From: an uncultured bacterium
GTDB taxonomy: Bacteria > Krumholzibacteriota > Krumholzibacteriia > LZORAL124-64-63
DNA: 64,000 nucleotides
Assembly: GCA_963727525.1 (NCBI GenBank)
Contig: CAVSGO010000005.1
Coordinates: 416,001-480,000 of the forward strand
Reading direction: 5' to 3'
In this document: positions 1-13,648 of the stretch, one piece after another
Position numbering within the stretch: the first letter of the stretch is position 1
Layout: every line of letters starts with the position of its first letter
Notes under the pieces: model-generated
The model's database searches: none
What the model was told of the DNA's origin: nothing
What the model saw: the letters and a program-made list of their open reading frames with translations, nothing else
Made by a program: the position numbers and the translations under genes

Positions 1-1634
<1,634 letters not shown>

Positions 1635-1800
1635 CCCCGGCACGCCGCTGGTACGATGGGAGGGTGCGACGTGTAGTGGCGGTTCCAGGATGCCGAACTG
1701 ATGCCACCCGCCGCATTAGCGCCCACACCGAGCCCAACTATTTGTAAATAATATATTAACGCCTTGCGGCGGCGCAGAATCGAACGACATTGACCAGGTG

Positions 1801-1866
1801 GACTGGCGACCCCGCCAGTCCTTTCTGCTGGGGTGCGGCCCAGGAACCCGATGATGGCTTCCCAGC
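1801..1866 (+). promoter_or_regulatory. Structured 5' leader of the RRM gene
   Basis: Perfect hairpin GACTGGCG-accc-CGCCAGTC (1801-1820) followed by CTTTCT; second GCTGGG...CCCAGC pairing. Confidence 0.4.
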
Positions 1867-1895
1867 CGTTCCCCGATGTGCCAAGGATATATTCT

Positions 1896-2168
1896 TTGAA
1901 AAAGATCTACGTGGGCAACCTCAATTTCGACTGTGATGACCGCCAGCTGGCAGCTGCTTTCGCCCTCCACGGCGAGGTCGCGAGCGCCAAGGTGGTCATG
2001 GATCGCGAGACCAACCGCTCCCGGGGCTTCGGCTTCGTGGAGATGTCCGACGACAGTGCCGCCACGCAGGCCATCCAGGCCATGAACGGCAAGGACGTCG
2101 ACGGTCGCGCTCTGAACGTCAACGAGGCGCGCCCGCGCGAGCCGCGTAGCGGTGGTTCCAACTGGTAG
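1896..2168 (+). CDS. RRM RNA-binding protein (Rbp family)
   Basis: TTG start after AAGGA; RNP2 IYVGNL, RNP1 RGFGFVEM, VNEARPRE. Confidence 0.95.
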   Translation: MKKIYVGNLNFDCDDRQLAAAFALHGEVASAKVVMDRETNRSRGFGFVEMSDDSAATQAIQAMNGKDVDGRALNVNEARPREPRSGGSNW

Positions 2169-2359
2169 ATGCGCTGCACCGGCCTGAATGGCCCGATGAT
2201 GCGAGATCTGATGCGGCCCCGTCCTCTTCGTGAGGGCGGGGCCGCTGACGGATGGGTTGCGGCTCGAGCGGCGCGAGTACCGGGAGACCGGGCGGGGCTC
2301 ATGGGTGTGAGGCGCCAAATTTACGCGGTCACTTGTGAGGGTCAGGACCGAGGCCACCG

Positions 2360-2911
2360 CTAGTGGTGCTGAGTCATGGGTTCGTCGCTCTCCGCCTGTG
2401 CCGCCATCTCTCGGTACTGTTCGGGCGTCATGCGCGGGAGATGTTTGACGAATGCCGTGAGGTCCCAGAGCTTCTCCTCGTCGTGCGTCGGTCCGAAGGC
2501 CGGCATGCCGGTCATCTTGATGCCGTTCTTGAGAATCCAGAAGACTTCCTGGGGTGACAGGTCGGCGACCGACTCGCTGAGGTCGGGCGCCGGTGGATTC
2601 AGTCCCTGGCCGACCTCGCTCTTTTCGACACCGGGAGCTCCATGACAGGTCACGCACATCTTCTGATAGTGCTCGAACCCTTCATCGAGATCCGGGTTGC
2701 TGAAAGTTGGGCTCAATGCGATGCCTGACGCGTGATGCCGAACCGAGTTGTCCATCATCGACGAGAGCGCTCTCTCGGTCATGGCGTGGTGTGGTACCGT
2801 TGCGGCCACGTCGTAGGCGCCCGAATTGATCACTACGAGAGCGACCACGACAGCGATGACGATCCCGGCGACGAGCGTCAGAACGATGGTCTTGAGAGTT
2901 CCGGGTTTCAT
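2360..2911 (-). CDS. Membrane-anchored c-type cytochrome
   Basis: N-terminal TM, CVTCH heme motif, GIKMTGMPAF; directly downstream of the Cu-ATPase. Confidence 0.9.
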   Translation of the reverse strand: MKPGTLKTIVLTLVAGIVIAVVVALVVINSGAYDVAATVPHHAMTERALSSMMDNSVRHHASGIALSPTFSNPDLDEGFEHYQKMCVTCHGAPGVEKSEVGQGLNPPAPDLSESVADLSPQEVFWILKNGIKMTGMPAFGPTHDEEKLWDLTAFVKHLPRMTPEQYREMAAQAESDEPMTQHH

Positions 2912-2950
2912 CAGAGGAATCCTCCCCGCGTCGCCGTCGGTGACGATGCG

Positions 2951-5317
2951 TTATAGCGTGACACGTCGCAAGCGCAGAGCGTTGGTGATGACCGACACGG
3001 AACTGAATGTCATCGCAGCCGCGGCGATCATCGGGCTCAACAGCAGGCCAAAGACGGGATACAGTGCGCCGGCGGCGACCGGCACACCGACAATATTGTA
3101 GATCAGGGCGAAGAACAGGTTCTGACGGATATTGCGCATGGTGGCCCGGGACAGCCGGCGGGCCTTGGCGATGCCGCGCAGGTCGCCTTTCACCAGCGTG
3201 ATGCCAGCACTTTCCATGGCGACGTCAGTGCCCGTGCCCATGGCGATACCCACTTCGGACTGGGCCAGCGCGGGTGCATCATTGACCCCGTCGCCGGCCA
3301 TGGCGACCCGGCGGCCCTGGTCTTGCAGCCGTCTGACGAACTCATTCTTCTGCTCGGGCAAGACCTCCGCTTCTACCCGATCCAGGCCCAGCTCGCGGGC
3401 CACAGCTTCGGCCGTCGTGCGGTTGTCGCCGGTGAGCATCACGATCTCGATGCCGTCGGCGCGTAGCAGCTCGACAGCTTCGGCTGTCGACGCCTTTATG
3501 GGATCGGCCACTCCCAGCAGTCCGATCGGCTCGCCGTCGGCCGCCAGGAACATCACGGTCTGGCCTTGGCCACGCAGCACTTCTGCCCGCGCCGCGAGGT
3601 CGCCCACATCGACGCCGGCGCCGTCCATGAGTTTGCGATTGCCCAGGTGGACCAGCCGGCCGTCGACCGTTCCAGTGACGCCTTGCCCGGCAACGGAGTC
3701 GAAGTCCTGCGCGACGGTGGATTCGACGCCACGCTCCCTGGCGCCCGAGACGATGGCCTCGGCCAGGGGATGTTCGCTGCCGCGCTCGAGTCCCGCGGCC
3801 AGGCGTAGCAGGTCCGCCTCGTCGCGACCTGCGGCGGTTTCCACCTGGACCAGGCGCGGCTTGCCCTCGGTGAGGGTGCCGGTCTTGTCGATCACGAGGG
3901 TGTCGATCTTCTCTAGCACCTCCAGGGCCTCCGCGTCGCGGATAAGCACACCCGCCTGGGCGCCTCGGCCCACGCCGACCATGATCGAGATCGGGGTAGC
4001 CAGACCCAGTGCGCAGGGGCAGGCGATGATCAGCACGGCGACTGCGTTGACGATGGCGTAAGCCATGGCCGGGGTTGGACCCACCAGGGCCCAGACGATG
4101 AAGGTGATGACCGACGAGGCAATCACCCCGGGCACGAAGTATCCCGCGACCACGTCGGCGATGCGCTGGATGGGCGCGCGGCTCCGCTGCGCGGCGCCCA
4201 CCATCTCGACGATTCGCGCCAGCAGCGTATCGCTGCCGATCTTGCGGGCGTCCATGACGAAGCTGCCGGTGGCGTTGACCGTCGCCCCTATGACCGTGTC
4301 CCCGATTCCCTTCGCCACGGGCATGGGCTCGCCGGTGATCATCGACTCATCCACGTTGCTGCGGCCTTCCACCACCTCGCCGTCGACCGGCACCTTCTCG
4401 CCAGGGCGGACTCGCAGGCGGTCGCCGATGACGATCTGCTCCAGCGGCACATCCTCTTCCGAGCCGTCGGCGCGGATCACCCGCGCCGTCTTGGCCGCCA
4501 GGCCCAGCAGCGCCTTGATGGCCGTACCCGTCCGGCGGCGGGCCCGCAACTCGAGTACCTGACCGAGTAACACGAGGGCGGTGATCACCGCCGCCGCTTC
4601 GAAATAGACAGCCACACCGCCATGACGGCGAAAAGACGCCGGGAAGATACCGGGCGCCACGGTGGCCACGATACTGTAGCCCCAGGCCGCAGCCACGCCG
4701 ACGCCGATGAGGGTGAACATGTTGAGATTGCGCGTGACCAGGGAGCGCCAGCCCCGCTCCAGCAGGGGCCATCCGCACCACAGGACGACCGGCGCGCTGA
4801 GAACGAGTTCGACCCAGGGTTGAATGCGAGACGGCAGCAGGCGGACGCCGGCCATGGGCAGCATGGCGAGGATCAGAAGAGGCGCGGCCAGCGCGGCAGC
4901 TGTCCAGAAGCGGCGCGTCATGTCGCGCAGTTCAGCGTCATCACCATCCGTTTCGGCGGTGGCCACCAACGGTTCGAGAGCCATACCGCACTTGGGGCAG
5001 CTTCCTGGACCGTCCTGGATGATCTCGGGATGCATCGGGCAGGTGTACTTCACCGCGCCGCCGGCGCGGGGAGACTCTGACGAATCCGCCTGCTCAGCTG
5101 CCATGTACCTGTCCGGTTCGGCCATGAACTTCTCGGCGCAGTTTCGGCTGCAGTATAGCCACGTTCGGCCGCCGTACTGGGTGCTGGCAGCGGCGGAATC
5201 GGCAGACACGCGCATGCCGCAGACGGGATCATGGCCTTCGACCACCCCGACTCCCCGCCCCTGATGATCAGGCTTCCTGGCTGGGTCGTCATGACCATTT
5301 CCTTCCACATGTGCCAA
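2951..5317 (-). CDS. copA: Copper-translocating P1B-type ATPase with N-terminal YHS and heavy-metal-binding domains
   Basis: DPVCGM...YCSRNC, YTCPMHP, CPC, DKTGT, SEHP, GDGVND; probable TTG start at 5317 after GGAGG. Confidence 0.93.
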   Translation of the reverse strand: MAHVEGNGHDDPARKPDHQGRGVGVVEGHDPVCGMRVSADSAAASTQYGGRTWLYCSRNCAEKFMAEPDRYMAAEQADSSESPRAGGAVKYTCPMHPEIIQDGPGSCPKCGMALEPLVATAETDGDDAELRDMTRRFWTAAALAAPLLILAMLPMAGVRLLPSRIQPWVELVLSAPVVLWCGWPLLERGWRSLVTRNLNMFTLIGVGVAAAWGYSIVATVAPGIFPASFRRHGGVAVYFEAAAVITALVLLGQVLELRARRRTGTAIKALLGLAAKTARVIRADGSEEDVPLEQIVIGDRLRVRPGEKVPVDGEVVEGRSNVDESMITGEPMPVAKGIGDTVIGATVNATGSFVMDARKIGSDTLLARIVEMVGAAQRSRAPIQRIADVVAGYFVPGVIASSVITFIVWALVGPTPAMAYAIVNAVAVLIIACPCALGLATPISIMVGVGRGAQAGVLIRDAEALEVLEKIDTLVIDKTGTLTEGKPRLVQVETAAGRDEADLLRLAAGLERGSEHPLAEAIVSGARERGVESTVAQDFDSVAGQGVTGTVDGRLVHLGNRKLMDGAGVDVGDLAARAEVLRGQGQTVMFLAADGEPIGLLGVADPIKASTAEAVELLRADGIEIVMLTGDNRTTAEAVARELGLDRVEAEVLPEQKNEFVRRLQDQGRRVAMAGDGVNDAPALAQSEVGIAMGTGTDVAMESAGITLVKGDLRGIAKARRLSRATMRNIRQNLFFALIYNIVGVPVAAGALYPVFGLLLSPMIAAAAMTFSSVSVITNALRLRRVTL

Positions 5318-5499
5318 CTCATACCTCCATGCCACGACCGAAGATATCGAGAGCCACAGCCTCAGGGCAAAAACGGCTGCCAGGTCCCGGCCGGGATCGT
5401 CCGGATGCAGATCGCCCAGTTCGATGAAGACAAGGAAATCGTTGATACGGTTGATCGCCAGGAGACTGAACTCCCGATCAAATCGACCTGTCCCTGCCA

Positions 5500-6260
5500 A
5501 GACATCCATCTGCTGGGACCTCCGCCAGTCGCGCCTCGCTTGCCTCGACAGCCTCGATCGACCCGAGCTTACGTTGCACGTCGGCGAGTTCCTCCAGGAG
5601 GGGGACCAGATACTCGTCATTGTCTTCGTGCGACCCGTCGTGAATGGCGAGCGCACGCTCGTAGGTGGACCGAGAGATCGGGGTCGTCGGCGCCGAGGGT
5701 TTTCTGGGAGATGGCCAGGGATCGGCCAGCAGATCCGCCGCCCGTGCGTAGTCTCCCGTGGTCGTGGCGAGATCGCCCAGTCGGCTCAGGCGCGACGCTA
5801 CCCTGGGACTGTCCGAACCGAGAGCGCGCTCCCGGATCGCAAGGGCCTGCTCGTATTACGGCTGTGCCTCCTCGAAGAGACCCAGGGACAGGTAGACCTT
5901 CCCGGTGGTGCTCATGATCCGCGCCTTGGCCTGCGGTTCATCCGGAAACTTGTCGGCGATCGTTTTCGATCCGGCGTCCAGCACCTCGCGCACCGTGTCG
6001 TCTCGTTCTTGCTCCTAGGCCTCGGCCGCGCGAGGATCGGTTGAATCGTCTGGAAACGCTCGATGTCCTCCGCGAGGGCATTCGCGCTCTGGTAACGCCG
6101 GGCCGGATCCTTCTCGGGCGCCTTCAGGACGATCGTCTCGAGATCACTGCCCGCGAGCTTCTTGACCTCTGCGATCTCGCGGAACGGAACCGGTGACTCC
6201 TCGGCGATCGCGCGCGGCGCGCTGGCCATCGTGGTCGCCGTTGCTGGCATGGCGACCATG
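5500..6260 (-). pseudogene. Fragment of a Ser/Thr kinase with TPRs
   Basis: DLETIVLKAPEKDPARRYQSANALAEDIERF...PILARP (kinase C-terminus), then frameshifted TVREVLD...YEQALAIRERALG with an in-frame stop; catalytic core absent; limits approximate. Confidence 0.75.
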
Positions 6261-6410
6261 ACGATTGGTGTCGCGCGTTGGAGAACTGGTACCGCGGCAG
6301 CTCAGGAAGTGATGGACCGGTTGCGCGGAAGGCTGTATGCAAGCGAGCCGGGATGACCGCGTTGAAACGTGCGTCCGGACCGACGACCGATCCCGTGACC
6401 CGGCGGATCG

Positions 6411-8402
6411 TCAGACCTCGATCAACTCCTGAATGTCGGCTTCGTCGAGTGCCATGACGCCGGCCTGGCTTCGTGACTGCGCCGGGCGGGTCCGCCGCGG
6501 CGGTCCGGGTAACCGGGGCGGTGCGAGATCGTGCACGTGATGGGAACCACCGGTCGCCAGGGCTGCGAGTCGGCCGACGATGCCGTTCATCTGGTCCGCC
6601 TGACCAGTCAGCCCTTGCGAGGCGGCCGCCAACTCCTCGGAGTTGGCCGCCGACTGCTGGATCGAGTGGTCCATGACGGTGACCGCGGAATTGAGCTGAT
6701 CCACGCCCTGGGCTTGCTGGTCGGACGCGGTGGCGATCTGTCGCATCATCTGCGACACGCGGGCCGCGTTCCCGGCCACCTGGGCGAAGACCGAATTGGC
6801 CGCCTCGACCTGCTGCGAGCCGTCCTTGACCTTTTCGAGGGTACGCCGAATGAGCGTTCCGGTATTGCTCGCCTCGGACGACGATCGGGCGGCGAGATTT
6901 CTGACCTCGGCTGCGACGACCGCGAAGCCCTTGCCGGCATCGCCGGCACGGGCGGCTTCGACAGCCGCATTGAGGGCCAGCAGGTTAGTCTGGAACGCGA
7001 TCTCGTCGATGGTCTTGATGATCTGCGAGGTTTCGTCGGCCGCAGTATTGATGGCGGAAATGGACTCCACGAGCTGGCTCATCGACTGATTGGCCCGGTC
7101 CACGAGCGTCTGCGCATCGTCCATCAAGCCGTTGGCCTCGCCGGCGAGCGTGGCGTTCTGCTTCGTGACTGCAGCCAGTTCCTCGAGCGACGAGGCTGTC
7201 TCCTCGATCGCCGCGGCTTGCTGGGTCGCCTCTCCGGCTTGATCGTTACTCGTGTCCGAGACCTGGCGCGCCGAACCCGCGACCTCGCGGGAGCATTCGC
7301 CCAGATCGGCGATGACGCGTCCGAGCGCGCGATTGATCGAGCGCACCATGAGCCACGCCACCAGCAGGAACAAGGCGATGCCGACCACGACGATGATGGT
7401 GGAGGCGAGGGTGGCCTTGGCGCGGGCGTTCGCGGCATCCTGCTTGGCCGCAACGGCCGACTGCTTGGCATTCTGTGCCGTGGCCCGCTGGTCCGTGACC
7501 GAGGCGGAGGCCTCGTCCAGTGCCGACTGCGCCGCGACGATGATCGCGTTGCCCGTTTCGTCGAGTCGCAGGCGTAGGTCTGCTTCGCGACCACCGAATG
7601 CCAGCGACTGATCGATATCGGCCATGAATTTGTCAAGGGAGTCACGGACGGAAGCCGCGCGCCGGATCCACTCGTCGTTCTTCAACGTCGACGAGAACTC
7701 CACCAAGGCATCGATACTCACGAGTCCGTCACCAGTGACCAGCTCACGGTACTGGTCGATGTATCTCTGTTCTCCCGTATCGAGGTATTTCTGCTGGCGC
7801 GCCTGGATCTGCAAGAAGAAGATCTCACAGTCCCTCAGCACGTTCAGCATCTCCAGTTCGACCGGCGGGAGGTCCTCGCCCTCCAGCTGGAGGACAGACT
7901 GCTGGCTCTCCAGTTCGTCCATCGTGGAAGCAATGTATCCCATCGACTCGTCGATGGGGCGGATCATCGCATCCTTGAGCGTCGCGTGTTCGCGGTGGAC
8001 CGAGGTGTATTCGGCAAAGAGTCCGCGGTAGTCGCCGAAAGGTCCCAGGAGGTTCTCGCGGCCGACGGCTGCGAGCTGCGAGGCGACGGCCGTCGCCATC
8101 TGGTCAAACTGCTCCTGCTGCTCTTGTTCATGGAACTGGAGAAATGCCTTTTCGGTCAATCGCAGTTCCATGACCTTCATCATTGCGTCACTGACCTGCT
8201 GCTGAAGCTGATTCGCGGTGTCGATGGCCTGATCGGCCGCGTCGATGTCTTCGTTTGCCGCTTCCATCTGGCTGTAGGCGTGGTCGATGCTCTGGCTCGC
8301 AATGCGGTTGGCGCCGACGAGTATCAGGACCAGAAGCACGGCCATTCCGGCAAACGCCAGGAGACGCGTCCGCACATTCGAGTTCCGGAATCGTTCAAAC
8401 AT
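6411..8402 (-). CDS. Methyl-accepting chemotaxis protein with a large helical periplasmic domain
   Basis: Two TMs; [33 protein letters not shown]. Confidence 0.95.
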   Translation of the reverse strand: MFERFRNSNVRTRLLAFAGMAVLLVLILVGANRIASQSIDHAYSQMEAANEDIDAADQAIDTANQLQQQVSDAMMKVMELRLTEKAFLQFHEQEQQEQFDQMATAVASQLAAVGRENLLGPFGDYRGLFAEYTSVHREHATLKDAMIRPIDESMGYIASTMDELESQQSVLQLEGEDLPPVELEMLNVLRDCEIFFLQIQARQQKYLDTGEQRYIDQYRELVTGDGLVSIDALVEFSSTLKNDEWIRRAASVRDSLDKFMADIDQSLAFGGREADLRLRLDETGNAIIVAAQSALDEASASVTDQRATAQNAKQSAVAAKQDAANARAKATLASTIIVVVGIALFLLVAWLMVRSINRALGRVIADLGECSREVAGSARQVSDTSNDQAGEATQQAAAIEETASSLEELAAVTKQNATLAGEANGLMDDAQTLVDRANQSMSQLVESISAINTAADETSQIIKTIDEIAFQTNLLALNAAVEAARAGDAGKGFAVVAAEVRNLAARSSSEASNTGTLIRRTLEKVKDGSQQVEAANSVFAQVAGNAARVSQMMRQIATASDQQAQGVDQLNSAVTVMDHSIQQSAANSEELAAASQGLTGQADQMNGIVGRLAALATGGSHHVHDLAPPRLPGPPRRTRPAQSRSQAGVMALDEADIQELIEV

Positions 8403-8465
8403 GATGAACTCCTGAAGCCGATGTGCGGGAGGCGCGCCTGGTAGCCGCGCCCTCCGCCGAATCGA

Positions 8466-9032
8466 CTAATTGATGCCCAGTCCCGCGGTCGCGGTTTCAT
8501 CGAATTTGTACAGGCCGCAGCCGACGACGAGGTTGATCCCGTCGGCGCTCTTGCAGCCACGGACGTAGGACACCTTGTGGACGATGTCGCTGCTGCCCGG
8601 CTTCGGCCAGTAATAGTCGACCCACCCCGCGCCCTTCTCCTTGACCACGGCGTTCATGGTGGCGAAGAAGCGCTTGCCCTTCTTGTCCTTCATGCCGATG
8701 ATGCTCTGCCCGTCGAGCTTGTACTTCATCGGATGCATCAACATCACGCCGTCGTCGAGCGTGTGAATCCACACATAGGTTCCGTTGAACAGGAACTTGC
8801 TGCCCTTGCCCTGAAACTTCGGAAAGGCGGCGGTGCCTTCCTTTTCCAGGAGCGCACAGGCTTCCGTGACCTTGGCGATGATGAGGCCGGGGTCGGTGGG
8901 CGTGTCGGTGGCCGTGCTGTTGCAATAGGCAGCACTCTCTTCGGCGAGGGCGGCGGCATCCTGCGCTGAAGCTGTGCAAACCTGGGTCGACGCGAGCGCC
9001 ACCAGGGTCAGGATCAGAATCTTGCGGTTCAT
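8466..9032 (-). CDS. Stand-alone secreted single Cache domain protein
   Basis: Signal peptide; YVWI..DGVMLMHP, GWVDYYWPKPG, KVSYV. Confidence 0.88.
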   Translation of the reverse strand: MNRKILILTLVALASTQVCTASAQDAAALAEESAAYCNSTATDTPTDPGLIIAKVTEACALLEKEGTAAFPKFQGKGSKFLFNGTYVWIHTLDDGVMLMHPMKYKLDGQSIIGMKDKKGKRFFATMNAVVKEKGAGWVDYYWPKPGSSDIVHKVSYVRGCKSADGINLVVGCGLYKFDETATAGLGIN

Positions 9033-9145
9033 CGGTCTCGTCCTTTCGCGATTGGCGCCGAATCCCGGTCCGCGGGCCGGTTCCATGTTTGTCCGGCGCC
9101 GCGGTCTGCCGCAATTCCACGGTGGCTGCGACGCACAGTGATCTC

Positions 9146-9172
9146 CCATCGACCGGATCGGAAGGACCTTGA
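9146..9172 (-). promoter_or_regulatory. Putative sigma-28 promoter of the Cache-MCP operon
   Basis: TCAA-N15-GTCGATGG on the minus strand, ~115 nt upstream of the start. Confidence 0.55.
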
Positions 9173-9243
9173 AAGGAAAAGCCGGACACGGTATATAAGG
9201 ATATATTTAATCAAGTGTAAAACCGACCGGCACTCTCGCGGCA

Positions 9244-9434
9244 TCATCACCCCACCTTATTCATGCTACCGCGTAGCGAAGCGAGTGGAACGGTCTCTGT
9301 CAGCGGGATCTCGTTGGGTTTGTGAGGGAGCCGTACCCGCTGGGGTACGGTGACCGAAGTAAACCCGAGAAAGCCCACTCACAGAGACCGTTCCGCCGCC
9401 GCAGTAGCGATAACACGAATACGGTGAGGTATGA
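9244..9434. mobile_element. MITE-like long imperfect palindrome (~190 bp)
   Basis: Arms ACCCCACCTTATTCATGCTA / TAACACGAATACGGTGAGGT; inner perfect stems GGAACGGTCTCTGT/ACAGAGACCGTTCC and CCGTACCC/GGGTACGG; one end recurs at 58839-58873. Confidence 0.75.
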
Positions 9435-9514
9435 GGGCTGGGACTCCCTCGTCCCCACGTCGTCGACACCACCGTCACGAAAGCAAGTCCCGAGAACTTG
9501 AGCACGACGTCGTA

Positions 9515-9950
9515 TTACGCCGGTACCACCCCTGCCACTGGCCCGACCGTGTGCGGCCGCAACAGGATCAAGAGGTCGGGAACCGCCGAGAACATCTGCA
9601 AGCCGGACGTGCACTCGTCGACGTTGAGGACAGCTTCCGGGAAGGCACCCGTGTATCCGGTATTCGTGTAGAAGAGGAGATCGGTCGCATACCTGGCTTC
9701 CATGGTCACATCGATCGCGCCACCTGCGCCCGCGGCGACTAGGATCCAGTCATGGTCGGCACCATCGACTTCCAGATCGCGCCAGCCGGTGCGGAAGCAC
9801 CAGGTCGCCGTGCCCATCTCGTCACCAACGATGGTCAGGAAACGCGGCGTTTCGTCAACGCATTCGCAGCCGCAGTCGAACTCGTCGGGCACGCTGGCTG
9901 GCAAGGGCGGCTCGTCCTCCGTGAAGGCTCCGGACGGGCATTCGGTAATA
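9515..9950 (-). pseudogene. Acidic, Cys-containing protein fragment, probably 5'-truncated
   Basis: Open frame without a good start or RBS; stop immediately upstream. Confidence 0.35.
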
Positions 9951-10047
9951 TCCGCTCGCCCTCACGTCGCGCGCACACCTCCGTAAACGTCGTATCGGCG
10001 TCCTCGCTGGGGCGGCCCTTGTTCCAACCGGAGCGGCACTCATTCAG

Positions 10048-10074
10048 TAAAGTTGATCCTATTAGTGACTATAT
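10048..10074 (+). promoter_or_regulatory. Sigma-28 promoter of flagellin (degenerate -10)
   Basis: TAAA(GTT)-N15-GACTATAT versus consensus TAAA-N15-GCCGATAA. Confidence 0.6.
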
Positions 10075-10156
10075 ATGCAGCAAGTTGCCGCTCCTTGGGT
10101 CCGAATTGCACCCATGGTGTTTGGTCATTCAGCAGTTGCGATCACGGAGGACGGAA

Positions 10157-10962
10157 ATGGGAATACGAATCAATACAAACGTTGCTTCGATCAACGCGCA
10201 GCGCCATCTTTACAATGCCAGCGAGGACTTCCACAAGTCGATGGAGAAGCTATCCAGCGGTTTACGAATCAACCGTGCCAGTGATGACGCGGCTGGTCTG
10301 GCAATCAGCGAGGGCCTCAAGAGAGATATCCGCGCGCTCAATCAGGCCGGCCGCAATGCCGCCGACGGAGTCTCGCTCATGCAGACGGCCGAGGGCGCGC
10401 TCGACGAGGTCAGCAACATCCTGCTCCGCATGAAGGAGTTGACCGAGCAGAGTCTCAACGGCACATTGACCGACTCCGAGCGCGGGGCTATCTGGATTCT
10501 GAGCACTACGCGCTCTGGAACGAAGTCAACCGTATCGCGGAATCGACCGAGTTCAACGGCGTCCACCTTCTGGACGGCACGGGCGGCAACGTGAACATCC
10601 AGGTCGGGATCGGCACGGCCTCCTACGACGCGATCGCCGTGGACCTGAACAATAATCACGATGCGATGACCATGGGTATCCATACCATCAACACGGTGCT
10701 TGACGCGCAGGACGAGATGGATACGATCGACGTGGCGATCGATTCGGTGAGTGCTGCGCGGGCGGACTTCGGCGCGATCCAGAACCGCCTGGAAAGCTCG
10801 ATCCGCAATGTCGCCAACACGGCCGAGAACCTCAGTGCTGCCAACAGTCGCATTCGCGATGTGGATATCGCCAACGAGTCGAGCAAGATGATCAGCGCGC
10901 AGATCCTGTAGCAAGCGGGCGTGTCGATCCTCGCACAGGCCAACGCGACCCCGAGCCTCGCA
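10157..10962 (+). pseudogene. fliC: Flagellin, disrupted
   Basis: MGIRINTNVAS...LSSGLRINRASDDAAGLAI; +1 frameshift near 10485 (GGGG); TAG at 10909 within QIL*QAGVSILAQAN; C-terminal end lost. Confidence 0.92.
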
Positions 10963-11392
10963 CCGACCGCGCGATGAAGCACCGCGCATGCGCCGCGTCG
11001 TGCATGCCCGCCACGTCAGCGGCGGTCGGGCGTCGCTCGCCGGCGAACGTCGCCGCCGGCCGCAACGTCACCCGGGTCATTGCCAGGGCGCCGTCGACTC
11101 CCTTGCCCAGCACGCCGATTGCGTCGTCACGGTAGTCGTCGACCACGAAACCCCGTTCCGCGGCGATGGACAGGAACCACAGCATGTGGCAGCTCGCCAG
11201 CGCCGCCACGAACGCCTCCTCTGGATCCACGGCCTTAGCCACCGAAAACGGCAGCGGCACCACATGCGGCGAGGCCGACGCTGTCACCTCAACGCCCCCG
11301 TCGAAGCGCCAGCGATGGCCGCGGCCGTACTGGTTGTCCAGGAAGGCGGCATCGCGGCGTTGCCAGATGATCGTCGCGGTGTACTTGGCCAT
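10892..11392 (-). CDS. OsmC/Ohr-like protein; C-terminus probably replaced by antisense fliC sequence
   Basis: VDPEEAFVAALASCHMLWFL and AHARCFIARSV. Confidence 0.85.
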   Translation of the reverse strand: MAKYTATIIWQRRDAAFLDNQYGRGHRWRFDGGVEVTASASPHVVPLPFSVAKAVDPEEAFVAALASCHMLWFLSIAAERGFVVDDYRDDAIGVLGKGVDGALAMTRVTLRPAATFAGERRPTAADVAGMHDAAHARCFIARSVRGSGSRWPVRGSTRPLATGSAR

Positions 11393-11489
11393 GAATACCC
11401 GTTCTCGTGAAGCGTGAAATCGCGCGCGGACAAATACCTATATGGTCACGAACGGTGAAGACAGTAACGCTCACCACGCTGCCGGCCGC

Positions 11490-12422
11490 GAACACCAGCG
11501 CCACCCCGAGCATGATCGACAGTGTCAGATGGCTCGACGCGCTGTTGAACGCCGTCAGCGTCGCCGCGTCGTCGAGGCTCGACGGCAGCAGGCGCGGATA
11601 CAGGCCCGCCACGCCGAAGGCCGTCGCGCCGACGATCGTGGCAGCCGAGGCGGCCCACGCCTTCCACCAGGCCCGACGTGTCAGGAACACCCGGACACCG
11701 AGCAATCCCGCCACCGCGAGCAGGGGGAACACGCTGGGCCAGGGCCAGCGGCCGATGTTCGCATAGAGGTCCGTCACCACGGCCGTGAGCACCAGGAATG
11801 CCACCGCCACCAGCGGCAACGCCGCCCACAGGCGCGATGCCATGCGCGCGCCGCGCTCACCGAGGTCGCCTTTCACCTTGATCGCGAGCCAGATCGAGCC
11901 GTGCACGGCGAAGAGCAACACGAAGAGGGCACCGCCGACGAGGCCGTACGGATTGAGGAGCGTCAGCAAGTTGCCATGCAACCGTCCGGCCTCATCGAGC
12001 GGCAGACCCTTGAAGATGTTGGCGAACGCCACACCCAGCAGCAGCGCCGGCAGGAACGAGCCGACGGTCAGGCAGGTGTCCCACGTGCGCCGCCACCACG
12101 CGGCCGGCTCCTTCGAGCGCATCTCGAAGGAGATGCCGCGCAGGATCAGCGCGAATAGCAGCAGCATGAGCGGCGTGTAGAGCGAGGAGAACATCAACGC
12201 GTAGGTGCGTGGAAACGCCGCGAACGTCGCGCCGCCCGCCGTGAGCAGCCACACCTCGTTGCCGTCCCAGAAAGGTCCCTGGGCGTTGAATACGAGGCGC
12301 CGTTCGCTGTCGTCGCGGGCCAGGAAGGGCATGAGCATGCCCAGGCCAAGGTCGAACCCGTCCAGCACGAAGTAGCCGGTCCAGAGCACGCCCCAGAGCA
12401 GGAACCAGATAGTCTCGAGCAT
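11490..12422 (-). pseudogene. cydB: Cytochrome bd oxidase subunit II, 3'-truncated
   Basis: LDGFDLG, PFWDGNEVWL; family-like sequence ends at MLGVALVF and the frame then runs into osmC. Confidence 0.8.
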
Positions 12423-12434
12423 GTCGCGCCTCCC

Positions 12435-13631
12435 CTACGCCTCGACCGCCGGTCCCTCGACGGGTCCGCGGCGAGCGTACTTGGCCAGCAGGTAGAAATC
12501 GGCAGCACCGAGCAGAGAGTAGACGAGGATGAAGGCGATCGCCGAGAACGCCACCTGGGTGGTCGCCAGCGGCGATACGCCATCGGAGGTGCGCATCACG
12601 CCGTAGACGATCTACGGTTGCCGGCCGACCTCGCTGAGAGTCCACCCCAGCTCGTTGGCCAGGTACGGCAACGGGATCGCCAGCACCAGCACGCGCAGAA
12701 GCATCCGCTGGTTTTCTGGCGCCCGGCGCTTGATCACGGCCCAGGCCGAGTGCGCGAGCAGCGACAGGAGCCCGCGGATCCACAGCCCCTCCATCGCGTT
12801 GCGCTCGTGGGCCGTGTCGGGCCACTGGATCAGGTTCATGGGCGCCCCTGCCTCGGTCTCCCATTGCGCTTCCATCGCCGCCAGCTTCATGGGCTGCTTG
12901 GTGCCGAGGATCTCGGCGTTCATGTGACCCTGCGCCACCTCGAGGACGGCGAAGGTGAGCGTCCACACTGCGGCGAGCGCGAACGACTTGCGGAAGAACG
13001 CCACGTGCCGGCGCCGCGCCAGGTGCCAGGCTGAGATCCCCAGCACGAAGAATCCGGCCGTGATGTAGGCTCCGCCCAGCGTGTGCACCAGCTCGAGCAC
13101 CGCGAACTTCTGGGTGATCACCGCGAAAAAGTCGGTCAGCTCGGCGCGCCCGTTGCGGAGCGTGTAGCCGACGGGGCTCTGCATCCAGGCGTTGGCCACG
13201 AGGATCCAGAACGCCGACAGGTTCGAGGCGATCGCCACCAGCCAGATCGAGGCGAGGTGGGCCTTGCGCGAGAGGCGCTCCCAGCCAAGGAACCAGACGG
13301 CGATGAACGTCGACTCGAGGAAGAACGCCGCCGTGGCCTCGATCGCCAGCAGCGAGCCGAAGATATCGCCCACGAAGGCCGAGTAGCGCGACCAGTTCGT
13401 GCCGAAATGGAACTCCAGCGTGATGCCGGTGACCACGCCGATGGCGAAGTTGATGAGGAAGAGCTTTCCCCAGAACCGCGTCATCTGCCGGTAATCGTCG
13501 TCGCCGGTGCGGTACCACCGCGTCTGCATGATCGCGACGATCAACGACAGCCCCAGCGTCAGCGGGACGAAGAGGAAGTGGAAGTAGGTCGCGACCGCGA
13601 ACTGGAGGCGCGACAGTGAGAGGACGTCCAT
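12435..13631 (-). pseudogene. cydA: Cytochrome bd oxidase subunit I, disrupted
   Basis: RLQFA..FHFLFVPLT, NAWMQ, QPMKLAAME; GRQPW mutated to GRQP* (TAG 12612-12614); apparent deletion after LLSLLAH. Confidence 0.88.
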
Positions 13632-13648
13632 GCGGGGCTCCTTTCGGC

